The notes beneath the pieces are model-generated. The model ran no database searches, was not told the DNA's origin, and saw nothing but the letters and a program-made list of their open reading frames with translations. Shown here piece by piece: positions 25,995 to 40,200 of a DNA stretch of 64,000 nt. The position numbers were made by a program, and so were the translations under genes. The stretch lies in NCBI RefSeq assembly GCF_009914755.1, contig NC_060925.1. One strand, given 5' to 3'. The number at the start of each line of letters is the position of its first letter. The first letter of the stretch is position 1. The DNA is from the human T2T-CHM13v2.0 reference genome, Homo sapiens.

Positions 25995-26747
25995 ATCACT
26001 AATAAACAAGGAAATGAAAATTAAAACCGCAATGAGATATCATCTCACACCTGTTATGGTGGTCATTACCAAAAACAAAAAAAGGAAATATACAATGTTG
26101 GCAAGACTGTGAAGAAAAGTGAAACCTGTGTCCTCTTGGTAGAAATTAAAATGGTGCAGCCATTATGGAAAACAGTATGGAGGTTCCTCCAACACTTAAA
26201 AGTAGAACCACCATATTGTTCCAGCATTCCCACATCTAGGTATTTATCGTAAAAAAAAAATGAAGTCAGTGTCTCAAAGAGGTATTTACAGTCTCATGTT
26301 CATTGCACTATTATTCACAATTGCTAAGATATGGAAACAACATAAATGTCCATTGAGAGATGAATGAATAAAATTTGATACACACATAAAATGTAATATT
26401 TTCAGCCTTAGAAGATAAATAAATACTGTCATATGTGACAACATGGATGAACCTTGGCAACATTATGCTATGTGAAATAGGCAAGTCACAGAAGGACAAA
26501 TTCTGTATGATTTCACTTATATTTGAGGTGTCTAAAGTACTCAAACTCATAGAAGCAGAAAATAAATTGCAGTTTCCAAGGCCTAGGGAGAGAAGGCAAT
26601 GGAGTGTTGGTGTTTTATAGATACAAAGTTTCAGTTATGCAAAGTAAAAGAAAGTCATAAATACCTGCTGTGCAACATTGTGCTTACAGTTAATAGTGTA
26701 TTCTACACTTAAAAGCTTGTTAAGAGAGGAGATTTCATGTTATGCAT

Positions 26748-27240
26748 TGTGATAGTTAATTTTAGGTGTCAACTTGATTGGATTAAGAAACATCTAGATA
26801 GCTGGTAAAGCATTACTTTCCGGTATGTCTGTGAGAGTATTTCTGGAGGAGAATAGCATGTGAGTCGGCAGTAGAGAAGATTCACCATCAATGTAGATGG
26901 ACAGCACTCAATTGACCGGGGGCCTGGATGAAACAACAAGACAAAGTCATGGCAAATTCTCTTTCTTTCTCTTATAGTTAGGATGTCCTTCTCCTGCCCT
27001 TGGACATCAGAACTCCAGATTCTCTGGCTTTTGAACTTCGGGACTTGGAGGAGCATCCTCATTTCCTTCCCTGAGTTCTTTGGCTTTTGGCCGCAGACTG
27101 AGAACTACACCATTAGCTGCCTGGTTCTGACACTTTTAGACTTGGACTGAGTTCTCCAGTTTGCAGACACTCTGTCATGGGCCTTCTCAGACTCCATAAT
27201 TGTGTAAGCCAATTACTCTAATAAATCTACTATCTTTCTC

Positions 27241-27280
<40 letters not shown>

Positions 27281-27324
27281 TCTATCTATTGATTCTGTCT
27301 CTCTAGAGAGCCCTGACAAATATA
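26748..27324 (+). mobile_element. MLT2 (MLT2B-like, ERVL) solo LTR with (TCTG)n(TCTA)n tract
   Basis: tgtgatagttaattttaggtgtcaacttga...attgattctgtctctctagagagccctgac; microsatellite at ~27241-27288. Confidence 0.88.
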
Positions 27325-27899
27325 TGTTTTTCACCATAATAAAAAATTAACAAACATAAAGTTATTATTATATAGTTATGAGAGTCAGAAGTCTGTAATA
27401 GGGTTCACTGAATTAAAATCAACACATCAGCAGAACTGTGTTCCATGTGGAAGCTCTTGGGCAGGACCTGTTTTCTTATCTTTTTCAGCTTCTAGAGGGT
27501 ACCTGCATTATATGGTTTGTGGCCCCTTTCTCCATCTTCAACTCAAGCATCCTTAGATCTCTCTCTCTTTCTCTGACTCTCTTGCTTCCCTGTTAGATCC
27601 GTTGTGATTACATTGGATCTACACGGACATAATTTGCTCATCTCAAAATCCTTAATATCTTCATAGTCTCTACTGCATGCAAGATAACATATTAAAAGGC
27701 TTCAAGGATTAAGAGATAAAGAGCTTTGGGGAGAGGGCATTATTTGGTTTACCTCAGTCTACTCTCTAACCTTCAAATAATCTGTTCATCAGAATATTAA
27801 TATTAATACTTTAATCCCACGCCAACATACCCAATGTCTCAAAATATTACAACATCAACTAGAAGTCCATGATTTTATATAAATCAGCTAAAAAGAACT

Positions 27900-28538
27900 T
27901 ATCAATTTGAAATAATCAAAAGGATCAGAATCCAGTTTTAAAGAGTTTATTCAAGCAAAAGGTTGGGAATGGACAATCCAGGAGACACAGACTCCAGAAA
28001 AAATGGTTCAGTGTCCTGATGTTAAAAGTTAAGTTCTTGCTTATATAGGCAGAAAAAATAATTAATAATGATAAGATTGCAACATTTTCTATACAAGGCT
28101 AGTTTATGTGTTACAATAAGTTATTTAGATACAGCTTATTTTCTCTTTCATACAGCTTGTTTTCTTTTCTTTACAGCTAATTTTCATTTCCTTTCTGATT
28201 TAAAAGACTGTATTTAACATTCCATTGTAAGGCAATATAATAGCCATGATGTCATTGTGTGAACAAGGTAAGACGGAATTTAATCTATAATAAAGATCAA
28301 CAATGAAGTGTGAAGGGGTCTTCCCTGGTGCCCTTTAGTTATTTATATTTTATAAAACAAAGTAAGTAAGGAAGAAGGCTAATCTATAACAGAGAAACAA
28401 AGTTTACAGCTACCTACATTACTGCTGCCTAGGTTACAGGTGGCTGTCACGTAACCCAAGCACCATAATCACATTCCTTTAAGGCTCAAAATAATTTAGA
28501 GTTCCAACAGCTTGGGTTATGAATTACTTATTTTTACA
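27900..28538 (-). mobile_element. ERV1-class solo LTR (MER90-like)
   Basis: Reverse complement starts TGTAAAAATAAGTAATTC...AAGCTGTTGGAACTCTAAATTATTTTGAGCCTTAAAGGAATGTGATTATGG; poly(A) signal 'tttatt' at ~27947; family name from memory. Confidence 0.65.
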
Positions 28539-29133
28539 ACCCACGTTTCATCATATAAATTAGGTGTTGTGAGTATTCGAATGAATCCATCCTGGGGAAA
28601 TTTTTCTTTACTTGTGGACTTATTAACCTCAAGAAACAAATTATCTTTTCCCCAAAATACAATAATGAGATCAGCATAAAATCACAGTTGTAAACATTCA
28701 TTCAAAAGGGGAGAAAATTGAAGAAAAAGTAATTCACTGGTTCCAAACAATTTTAAAATCTAGTCAGGCATCAGGTTTCAAGGCCAGGGGAAAAATCTTT
28801 TGTGGCTTGTGGCTCTGTCCTCTAAGATTGCATTGAATCTACAGATTAACAAGGTAAAATTTGACATGACATCTTTACTATATTTACTTCTTTATTTTCT
28901 TTCAATAATTTTCAGTTTTCCAGGTAGAGGCCTTGCACATATTTTGTTAGATTTATTTCTTGGTGTGTGGTGGGTTTTAATTCAATTATAAGTAATATAT
29001 TTTAACATTTTTATTTCCTAGGTATTGCAGTTACAGAAATAAACAATTTTGCTTTCATAGTGACCAGTGTGCTTAATAAACTTACTTAACAAATCTAGTA
29101 GTTTTTCTGTAGATATTTTTACATTTTCTACAT

Positions 29134-31601
29134 TACTATGGTTTGAATGTCTCTTCCCAAACTCATGTTGAAATGTCATGGTAAGAGTATTAAGAACTAG
29201 GACTTTTATATGATATTCAGGTCATATGGGTACTTCCTTCATGAATAGATTAATGTTATTTGTCACTGAAGGAGTAGGTTCCTTATGAAAGGATGAGTTT
29301 GAGCCCCCTCTTGCTCTTCTTCTCTATTGCCCTCTCTTTGCCCTTCCACTCTTTCATCATAAGATGATGCATCAAGAAGGTCCTTTCTAGATGCTGGCAC
29401 CTTGATATTGTAATTTCTGTCTTTCAGAACTGTCATTCAATAAATTTCTATTCATTATAAATTAATAAATTCATATTTATTTAATATAGTCTATGATATT
29501 TTGCTGTAACAGCACAAAATGGGCTAAGACAGTAAAATGGTATCAGAGGAATGAGTGTTGCTATAAAAAGTACCTGAAAATTTGGAAGCATCTTTGGAAC
29601 TGAGTAGTGGGCAGAGGCTGGAAGAGTTTGGAGGAGCAGTCTAGAAAAAGCCTGATGCCATGAACAAAGAAGTGTTATGGGTGATTTTGGTGAAGGCTCA
29701 GAAGAAGAGAGGAACTGAAAAGAAAGATGGAACTTCCTACAGATAACTTAAGTGATTATGATCGGAATGCTGACAGAAATATAGATGTTAAAGGCCATTG
29801 GGATGAGGTCTTAGATGAAAATGAGGAATATTTTATTGGACACTGAAGTAAAGGCCAACCTTGTTATGAAGTGGCAAAAACTTGACTGAACTGTGTCCAC
29901 GACCTAGGGCTTTAAGGAAGGCAGAACTTAAGGGCAATGAACAAGCATATCTGGTGGGAAAATTCTTAAGCAAAATATTGAGGAAACCACATAGCTCTTT
30001 TGTCTGCATACAGTGCAATAAGAGAATACCAAAATGACTTAAATACAGAATTTATAACTAAAAGGGACACAGAATGTAAACATACAGAATATTCCCAGTC
30101 TGGCCATGTAAAGAAATAAAAACGCATTTTGAGAGAAAATATCAGTGGTGTGGCCTAGTGACTATTTGTTAAGGAGATTAGCATGGCTAGAAGAAACCAG
30201 GTGCTATTCATCAAAATAACGAGAGAATAGCCCTGAAGGCATTTCAGAGATCTTCAAGGCTGTCCCTCCCATCACAGGCACAGAATGTTAGAACCTTGAG
30301 GGTAGAAAGGGCTCACTGCCCAGTACGGCTTGGAGTCTCTACTCCCTGCATTTCAGTGCAGCACCTCCAGCCACCCCAGCCATGGCTCAAGCTGGCCCAG
30401 ATGCTGCTCATGCTGCTGCACTGGAAGGCAAAAGCAATAAGTCTTGGCAGCATCCACATGGTTCTAATTCTGCAGATGGACAGAATGCTTGGGCTGTGGG
30501 GCCATGGCAGCCTTCACCTGAATTTCAAACAATGTATTGAACAGCCTGGGGATCCAGGCAGAAATCTTTCATAGGGATTGAGCCACCACAGAGAGTGCTC
30601 ACTAGAGCAAACCTACTGGAGCCATAAGAGTAGGGCTGTCCCCACAACCCCATAACTGTAGATATACCAGGGTGTAGCCCCAGCCTAGAAGAGCTGCAGG
30701 CAGGAGACTCCTACCTATGAGAGCTGCTGCATGGGCTAAGCCCAGTAAAGCCATGGGGTAGAACTGTCTGAGGCCTAATGGGCCCACCCTCCTTCACCCC
30801 AGGGTATCCAGAAGGTGGCACATGGAGCCAAAGAGTATTCTGAAGTCTTAAGATTTAATGTTGCTTGTTCTGTTAGCTTTTGTATTTACTTGGGACCTGT
30901 TAATTCTTTATTTCCAGTTGTTCCCTTTTTAAATGGGAATGTTCATTCTATGCCTGTCCCAATGTTGTATTTGTGAAGTAGATAACTTGTTTTGATTTCA
31001 TAGACTTAGAACTGAAGAATAATTTATTTCAGATGAGTTCTGCCTTGAGACTCATCCCTATAGGATTTAGATGAGACTTTGGGCTTTGGACTTTTGAGTT
31101 GGTGCTGGAACAAGTTAAGATTTCTGAGGCTATAGGAATGAAATTAATTTATTTGTTATGTGAGAAGACTAAGACTTTTAGGGGGCCAGAGTCAGAATGC
31201 TATGATTTGTTGAATGCCTACTCCCAAACTTATGTTAAAATGTAATTGCCATTGTGAAAGTATTAAGAGATAAGACCTTTAAGAAGTGTTTGGGTTATGG
31301 GGCCAATGCCCTCATAAATTGATTAATACTGTAATTGTGGAAGTGGGATTATTATAATGGAAGTAGGTTTCTTACGAAAAGTTGAGTTTGGCTTCCTCTT
31401 ACCCTCTTTTTATCCTTTTACTGTTTGGATTTTACTCTTTGCATTTTACCATTGGATAATGCAACAAGAAGGCCCTTGCCAAATGTTGGCATCTTGATAT
31501 TGGACTTCCTCATCCCCAGAACTGTCTACCAACAAATTTGTGTTCCTTATAAATTATACAGACTTTGGTGTTTATTATAGCAGCACAAACTGACTAAGAT
31601 A
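29134..31601 (+). mobile_element. Complete MST-type MaLR element: LTR 29134-29531, internal 29532-31197, LTR 31198-31601
   Basis: Two homologous LTRs (t[a/g]ctatg[g/a]tttg...ctaaga[c/t]a), MaLR internal start 'gtaaaatggtatcagagg', PPT-side 'ttttagggggccagagtcagaa'. Confidence 0.9.
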
Positions 31602-32092
31602 TATACACACAACCAGATTATCTGTGGAAAATGACAATATTTTCCTTAAAAATCTTTGTTTTTATTTTATTTTCTTGCATAATTTCACTAAGACTATGAG
31701 TATAATATTGAGTAGGAGTGGTGATAGCAAGTATCCAGTTTCTAAGGGAAACACATATTAAGAAAGTTATTTGCTGTAGATATATGTAGATATTTGTTAC
31801 TGATTAACGACTTACATTCTGCTACTAGTTTGCTAAGAATTACTTTCATAAATGATTTTTAACTTTATCAAGTGCTTTATATCTATCAAAATAATCAACT
31901 ATTTCTCTTTTATTCCACCAATGTGATTAGTTACACTAATTAAATATGAATATTAAACTACTCTTGAATTCTTGGAACAATCTCCACCTGGTTTTATGTA
32001 TCTTCATTTTTTATGTGTTACCAGATCCATTTTGCTAGTATTTTGTTTACAATTGTTCACTAGCGTGACTGGTGTGTAACTTTTTTATTCCA

Positions 32093-32413
<321 letters not shown>

Positions 32414-33256
32414 TTAAAATGCTCTTATGATGGCTTTGGGTCTGTCTCATAATACACTGAAAAGTTTTTGTTGTTTTTCTGTTACACAGAAAAGTATAGG
32501 TAAAGCTGGTCATTTATTTCTTAAGTATTTTTAAAGAATTTATTAATAAATTTCCCTGGTCCTAGGGTCTTTGTGAAAAACTTTTTCAATAAAAACTTCA
32601 AATTTTTAATACACATTAAACTATTCAGATGTGTAATGATTTTTAATTTTGATAAAATGTATTTCTGAAAAATTTATCCATTGTATATCATTTATCAAAT
32701 TTATAGTTGTAAATTAGTTTATAGTATCTTCTGAATACCTAAATATATAAAGTTTTTCATATTATATTTTTGATGTCTATAGAATCTATAGTGATATGCT
32801 TCTTTCAACTTCTGGCATTGCGAATTTATGTTTTCTCCCTTTTTTATTATTTAGTCTTGCTTTGAGCTAACCAATTTTATTAATCTTTAAAAAAAATCTT
32901 TTAGATCTGTTGATTTTCTGCATTGCATATTTGGTTTCTATTTTATTCATTTCTCTTATAATAGTTATAAAATAAACTTGGCTGTCTACTAATTCCTGAT
33001 TTAATCTTAGACATTGTATATTACAAGGGTATAGATCGTTGAGATGATACTTTGTCCACTACAGCAAGTTGCTTTCTTCTTTATTAGGGTATTTAGGGTA
33101 GAAGACTTATTTCCACAATCCAATCAGTGATTGAAGTTTGCTGGACTTGGGCTGCAGATTGTATAAAACTTAGTCAACCTCTACTTTACATTTTTTTCCT
33201 AGAGATTGATCCTTTAGGTCTTTTAATTGTGGGCCTTTTGAGTCTCTGGTTTCTTA

Positions 33257-34457
33257 TTTTATTATTATTATTATTATACTTTAAGTTCTGGGATACATGA
33301 GCGGAATGTGCTGGTTTGTTACATATGTATGCATGTGCCATGGTGGTTTGCTGCACCCATCAACTCGTCATCTAGGTTTTAAGCCCCGCATGCATTAGGT
33401 ATTTATTCCTAACGCTATCCCTCCCCTTGCCCTCCACCCCACCGGCGTGTGATCTTCCCCTCCCTGTGTCCAGGTGTTCTCATTGTTCAACTCCCATTTA
33501 TGAATGAGAACATGCAGTGTTTGGTTTTCTGTTCCTGCGTTAGTTTGCTGAGAATGATAGTTTCCAGCTTCATCCATGTCCCTTGAAAGGATATAAACTC
33601 ATTCTTTTTTATGGCTGCCTAGTATTCCATGATGTATATGTGCCACATTTTCTTTATCCAGTCTATCATTGATGAGCATCTGGGTTGGTTCCAGGTCTTT
33701 ACTATTGTAAATACTGCTGCAATAAACATACGTGTGCATGTGTCTTTATAGTAGAATGATTTACAAACCTTTGGGTATATACCCAGTAATGGGATTGCTA
33801 GGTCAAATGGTATTTCTGGTTCTAGGTCCTTGAGGAATTGCCACACTGTCTTCCACAATGGTTGAATCAAACTAACTTACACTTCCACCAACAGTGTAAA
33901 AGCATTCCTATTTCTCCATATCCTCTCCAGCATCTGTTGTTTCCTGACTTTTTAATGATTGCCATTCTAATGGGCATGAGATGATGGTAACTCACTGTGG
34001 TTTTGATTTGCATTTCTCTAATGACCAGTGATGATGAGCTTTTTTCATATGTTTCTTGGCTGCATAAATGTCTTCTTTTGAGAAGTGTCTATTCATATCC
34101 TTTGCCCACTTTTTGATTTTTTTTTCCTGTAAATTTGTTTAAGTTCCTTGTAGTTTCTGGATATTAGCCCTTTGTCAGATGGATAGATTGCAAAAATTTT
34201 CTCCCATTCTGTAGGTTTCCTGTTCACTCTGATGATAGTTTATTTTGCTGTGCAGAAGCTCTTTAATTAGGTCCCATTTGTCAATTTTGGCTTTTGTTGC
34301 AATTGCTTTTTATGTTTTAGTCACGAAGTTTTTGCCCATGCCTATGTCCTGAATGGTATTGCCTAGGTTTTCTTCTAGTGTTTTTATGGTTTTAGGTCTT
34401 ACATTTAAGTCTTTAATCCATCTTGAGTTAATTTTTGTATAAGGTGGAAGGAAGAGC
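33257..34457 (-). mobile_element. 5'-truncated L1PA (L1PA7/8-like), ~1.2 kb
   Basis: Reverse 3'UTR 'tctaggttttaagccccgcatgcattaggtatt'; 18-bp TSD tgagtct[c/t]tgg[t/c]ttctta. Confidence 0.92.
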
Positions 34458-35018
34458 TGAGTCTTTGGCTTCTTAGTCCCAAATAACTATAGAATATTAA
34501 GTTTTATTTTTTCAGAGGCATTATGGCTAGCTCAACTCTTTATAATTCTTCCTCATGTATCTTCAAACTTTGGAGATGTATTGATAAGGAGATAAGTCAT
34601 ATGATTTAAGCCATTTCAAGGTCACTCCAGCCTTGTGTGAATGCCAAAGTCATTATTCGTTTATCTGTCTCCAAAAAGGCCTTTGATTAGAGTCAAGCCT
34701 GGATATTTACCCCGAGTTGCACCAGATGTTGTAAGTGTCTTAGTAAAAAGTGGTTACAGATCTTAGTTGAAATTCATCACTTTCACCAGGGCTTTAATTA
34801 TTTGCCTGTTTTATTTAGAAGGCTATTGCTTCAGGGTGAGTATTTGTTTCTTAATAGCATGAAACTTTGGGACATATTTTTCTCACTTTTGAACATTTCA
34901 ACCTGACTCTTTAGCCTCTTCAATCTCAGATTTCCGCAAATGTGCTAAAGGGAAAATTAGCCAGGTGCCCAAAGCCCTCTCAGCTTTCCAAACTTGTTCT
35001 ACCAGCCTTGTAGGACTG

Positions 35019-35436
35019 TGTATTAGTCTGTTCTCACACTGCTATAAATAAATACCTAAAACTGGGTACTTTATAAAGAAAAGAGGTTTAATTGGCTCAC
35101 AGTTCCACAGGCTGTGCAGAAAGCATGGCAGCATTAGCTCAGCTTTTGATGAGTGCTCAGGAAACTTACAATCATGGAAGAAGGCAAATGAGGAGCAGCA
35201 CTTCACAAGTCTGGAGCAGGAGGAAGGTGGGGAGGTGCTATACACTTTTAAACAACCAGATCTCATGATAACTCATTCACTTACTATCAAGAGAATAGTA
35301 CCAAGAGGATGGTGTTAACCCATTCATAAGAACTTGGCCATATGATCCAATCACCTCCCACCAGGCCCCATTTTCAATACTGGGGATTATAATTTAAATT
35401 GAGGTTCGGGTAGGGACACAGATCCAAACCATATCA
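35019..35436 (-). mobile_element. MSTA-like MaLR solo LTR
   Basis: tgtattagtctgttctcacactgctataa...gatccaaaccatatca; TSD gac[t/c]g. Confidence 0.9.
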
Positions 35437-35717
35437 GACCGGTAAAACTCATCTGATTTTTCAATATTCCCCTCTACTAACTCCCACTATCTTGCCACAC
35501 ACACCATAGCAGTCTTCTGCATGATCATTGAAATAGGTCATTGTTATTGAGAAATTTAGCTATCCTTTTCTCACTGTCTCAACAGATATCTAAAGATTTT
35601 AAATATATGATTTTTAAAATTGATCTGAACGTTTTAGCTATTGCCGGCTTCAGTATTGGTCTCTTATCATTTACTACCCATTAGGTATCAGATAATGAAT
35701 TGAAAATGTGCCATGAG

Positions 35718-36151
<434 letters not shown>

Positions 36152-36184
36152 GAAAATGGGGCATGAGAGTAAGAGTATAGCTGT

Positions 36185-36920
36185 ATGAATGGAGTTATCA
36201 CTTTATGGAATAGAAAATACTAGAGTAGAACTAGTTTTGTTGGGGTAAGGGGAATTACAAGTTTGGTTTGAGTCATATTAATTTGAGATCACTGTTAAGC
36301 CTTCCACTGGAGAAGTAAAGAAAATAGCTGGATATAAAGCAATTTTTAAAAATGTTTGACATTTGAGAAATATGTCTGGTGACCACCAACATGGAAATGT
36401 AGTCAGTTCTCTGGAAGTACATGGTGTTACCTAAGAAAGGAATGCAAAAAGAAAAGAGAAGAGGTTCTTAGAGGCAGACCTGAGGCATTTAGCATTCAGA
36501 AACAAGAAAGATGAGAAAGATTCAATTTAAAACCTGAAGAGATCAATAACTGAAATAAATCAGAAAGTTGACAATTACCTCCCCAAAGGCTTTGAATTAT
36601 AATGATTTTATGGATAATTCTTTCCATATTTTTGAGAAGCAAAGGAAGTATTCAACTTCCAAATACGCAGAAACAAATATTATAAAATGGTTTATATGTA
36701 AATATTAGATTGCCAAAATAAAATTGCCACTGATAATATGTGTCATAATATTTACTTCAGAGTAACTCCTAGACTCTCGACTTACTCTGTATTAACAATA
36801 GGAGAGATGAAGTTTAATTATAGTTAATGCTGAACCTCAAACTTAAGCAATTGGTGGTAGATCCAGATTTAGAATCTAGCAATTCTGTCACTCAGTCTAG
36901 CATTGTTTTCACCATACCAT
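36185..36920. mobile_element. Degenerate L2 (~36185-36560) and MIR (~36790-36920) fragments
   Basis: 'caagtttggtttgagtcatattaatttgagat' is L2-like; 'ccagatttagaatctagcaattctg...ttccaccatacca' is MIR-like. Confidence 0.5.
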
Positions 36921-37244
36921 CCAAGCTACATTTCTAAATTTAAAATGTTTCAATAAAAATGTTTCCTTTGTGCTAAAAATATCAGATAATATTTAATCTA
37001 CCCATTAGGAAATTTGTTAGAAAGTTTAAAAACTGTCTTCAGTTGATTTAGGCATTTGTTTTGATATTTTTGTAACACAAAAGGAACTACCACTTGTTAG
37101 AACTAATGAGTTCCTTTAATCATATTCACTGATAACTCATAGAAGACTTGAAAGTAAGCCTGATCCAGATTTCACAGAGAATACCCAGAATTATTTTAAA
37201 GCTAAAATTGTATTCCCTATGGTTAAATTAGGAATCTGGCTGTC

Positions 37245-40200
37245 ATTCTTAGAATAGTTTTAGTAAGATAGGTACCAGCTTTCCTTTGCACTTCTGGTAA
37301 AATTTGACTGTGAATGAAACTAGCCCTGAGCATTTTTTTTGTTGAAAGATTTTAAATTACTAATTCAATTTTATTACTCATTATTGGTCTGTTCAGGATT
37401 TCTATTTCTTCCTTATCCAATATTGGGAGGTTTTATTTTTCCAGGAATGTATTTATTTTCTCTAGGTTTTCTAGTTTGTACTGTGTACATAGACATGTTC
37501 ATAGTAATATCCGATGATCATTTGCATTTCTGTGGTATCAGTTGTAATGTCACTTTTTAACATTTCTAACTGTGCTTATTGAATATTCTCTCTTTTTTAT
37601 CTTGGTTAAACTAGCTAGAAGTCTATTTGTTAATCTTGTCAAATAACCAACTTTTGTTTTATTGATCCTTTGTTTCATTTGTTGGTCTCAATTTTATTTA
37701 GCTTTGCTCTGATCTTTGTTATAGGTTTTCTTCTCTTGGCTTTTGGGTACGGTTTGTTCTTGATTTTCTGGTTTCTTGAGATGTGACATTTGGTTGTTAT
37801 ATTATGAGACCTTTCTGCCTTTTTTTATGTAGGCACTTAATGCTATTAATTTTCCTCTTAACACTACTTTTGTTGTATACCAGAGGTTTAGGTATGCTGT
37901 ATCTCTATTTTTATTTATTTCAAAGACATGTAGATTTCTGCCTTAATTTTCTTACCAAAAATTAAAAATGGTTACTTTTTTACCATAAAAAGTCATTAAA
38001 TAGCAATTTGTTTAGTTTCCATGAGCTTGTGTTGTTCTAAGAGTTTCTCTTGGTACTGATTTCTAATTTTATTCCACTGTGGTCTGAGAAGACATTCAAT
38101 ATGATTTCAATTTTTTAAAAAAATCTATTGAGATTTGCTTTCTGGCCAAGCATATGATCAATTTTGGAAAATGTTCCGTGTAGAGATGAGAAAAAATGTA
38201 TATTCTGTAGTTTCTGGGTGGAATGTTCTATAAATATCTATTAGGTCCATTTGGTCTAAAGTCCAGTTTAAGTCTAGAGTTTCTTTTTTAAGTCCTACTT
38301 TAATGACCTGTCTAGTGTTACTGTTGGAGTTTTGAAGTCTCCCACTCTTATTGCATTGCCATCAATTTCGTTTTGTAGGTCTAGTAGTATTTGTTTTATG
38401 AATCTGGGTGTTCCAGTGTTGGGTGCACATACATTTAGAATAGTTAAAACTTCTTGTTGTATTGAACCTTTTATCATTATATAATGCCATTCTTTGTCTC
38501 TCTTTTTTTTTTCCTGCTGTTGGTTTAAAATTTCTTTTATCTGATAAAGCAATGGCTACTTATGCTCATTTTTGCTTTCCATTCACATGATGTTTTTGCA
38601 ACCCCTTACTCTGAGTCTGTAGGTATCATTAAACATAGGTGGGTCTCTTGTAGGCAGCAGATGGTTGTCTTGTTTTTTAATCCAATTTGACAGTCTATAT
38701 CTTTTAAGTGGAATATTTAGGCCTTTGCAGTCAAAGTCAGTTTTGCTATTTGAGGCTTTGTTCCTGTCATAGTTTTGTTAGATAGTTGCCCTGGAGTCTC
38801 AATAATTGAATTGCTTTATAGGATTTGTGAGCTATCTACTTATGCATGCATTTATGATAGAGTGTGTTGTCCCCCTTCATTTCCATGCTTAGAATTCTTT
38901 TGAACGTTTTCTGTAGGACGAGTCTAGTGGTGACAAATTCCTTTGGTGTTTGCTAGTCTGGAAAATACTTTATTTCTCCTTCATTTATGAATCTGTGTTT
39001 GGTAGGATATAAAATTCCTGACTGCCATGTTTTTCCTTTAAGAAGGGTAAAAATCGGCTCTGATTCTTCTTTGGTTTGTAAAGTTTCTACTGATAGTCTG
39101 ATGGAGTTTTCTTTGTAGTTGAGTTGATGTTTCTCTCTAGCTGCCTTTAAGACTTGCTCTTTCATATTGACCTTGGATAGTCTCATGACTATATGCCTTG
39201 GTGATCTTCATCTTGTGTAGCATCTTCCAGGTGTTCTCCAAATTTTTTATATCTGTATGTCTATATCAACAGTAATATTGGGGAAATTGTTCTCAGTTAT
39301 TCCCTCAAATATATTTTCCAAACTTCTTACTTTTCCTTCTTTTCCCTTAGGAATGCCTATATGTTAAAGTTTTGCTGGCTTTATATAAAGTTTTGCTGGC
39401 TTTATATAAATTTTTTATATAATCCCATATTTCCTGAAAGCTTCATTTATTTTTTAGGATTTTTGTCGTTGTTGTTGTTGCATGACCATGTTAATTCAAA
39501 AGACCAATCTTTAAGTTCCCAAATTCTTTCTTTTCCTTACCCTAGTCTATTGTTGAAGCTTTCAGCTGTGTTTTAAAATTCCTTCAGTTAATTTTTTATT
39601 TATAGAAGATATCTTTGTTTTCATTAAATATATCTATCTCATCTTTCATCTCCTGAATTGATTTTATGGTTTCTTTGTGTTGGCTTTCAACTTTCTTTTG
39701 GATCTCACTGCTCTTCCTTACAATCCATATAGGAAGGATTCCTCCCTAACTCATTATATGAAACTAGTATTACTTGATACCAAAATCAGGCAAGGACACA
39801 ACAACAACAACAGAAAATAAAACTATAGGCCAATATTCCTGATGAACATAGATGCAAAAGTTCTTAACAAAATCTTGCAAACAAAATACAACAGAACATC
39901 ACAAATATAATTAATCATGATCAAGTGCATTTTATTTCAGGGATGCAAAGATGTTTCTACATTTGGAAATTAGTAAATGTGATTCACCACATCAACAGAA
40001 TTAAAAATAAAAACCATAAATGATAAATGCAGAAAAAGCATTTGATAAAATTCCACATCTCTTCATGGTAAAACCATCAACAAATGAAGCATTGAAGGAA
40101 CTGGCCTCAAAATAGTAAAAGCCATATATGACAAACCCATAGCCAGCATCATACTGAATAGGGAAAAGTTGAAAGCATTCCCTCTAAGAACAAGACAAGG

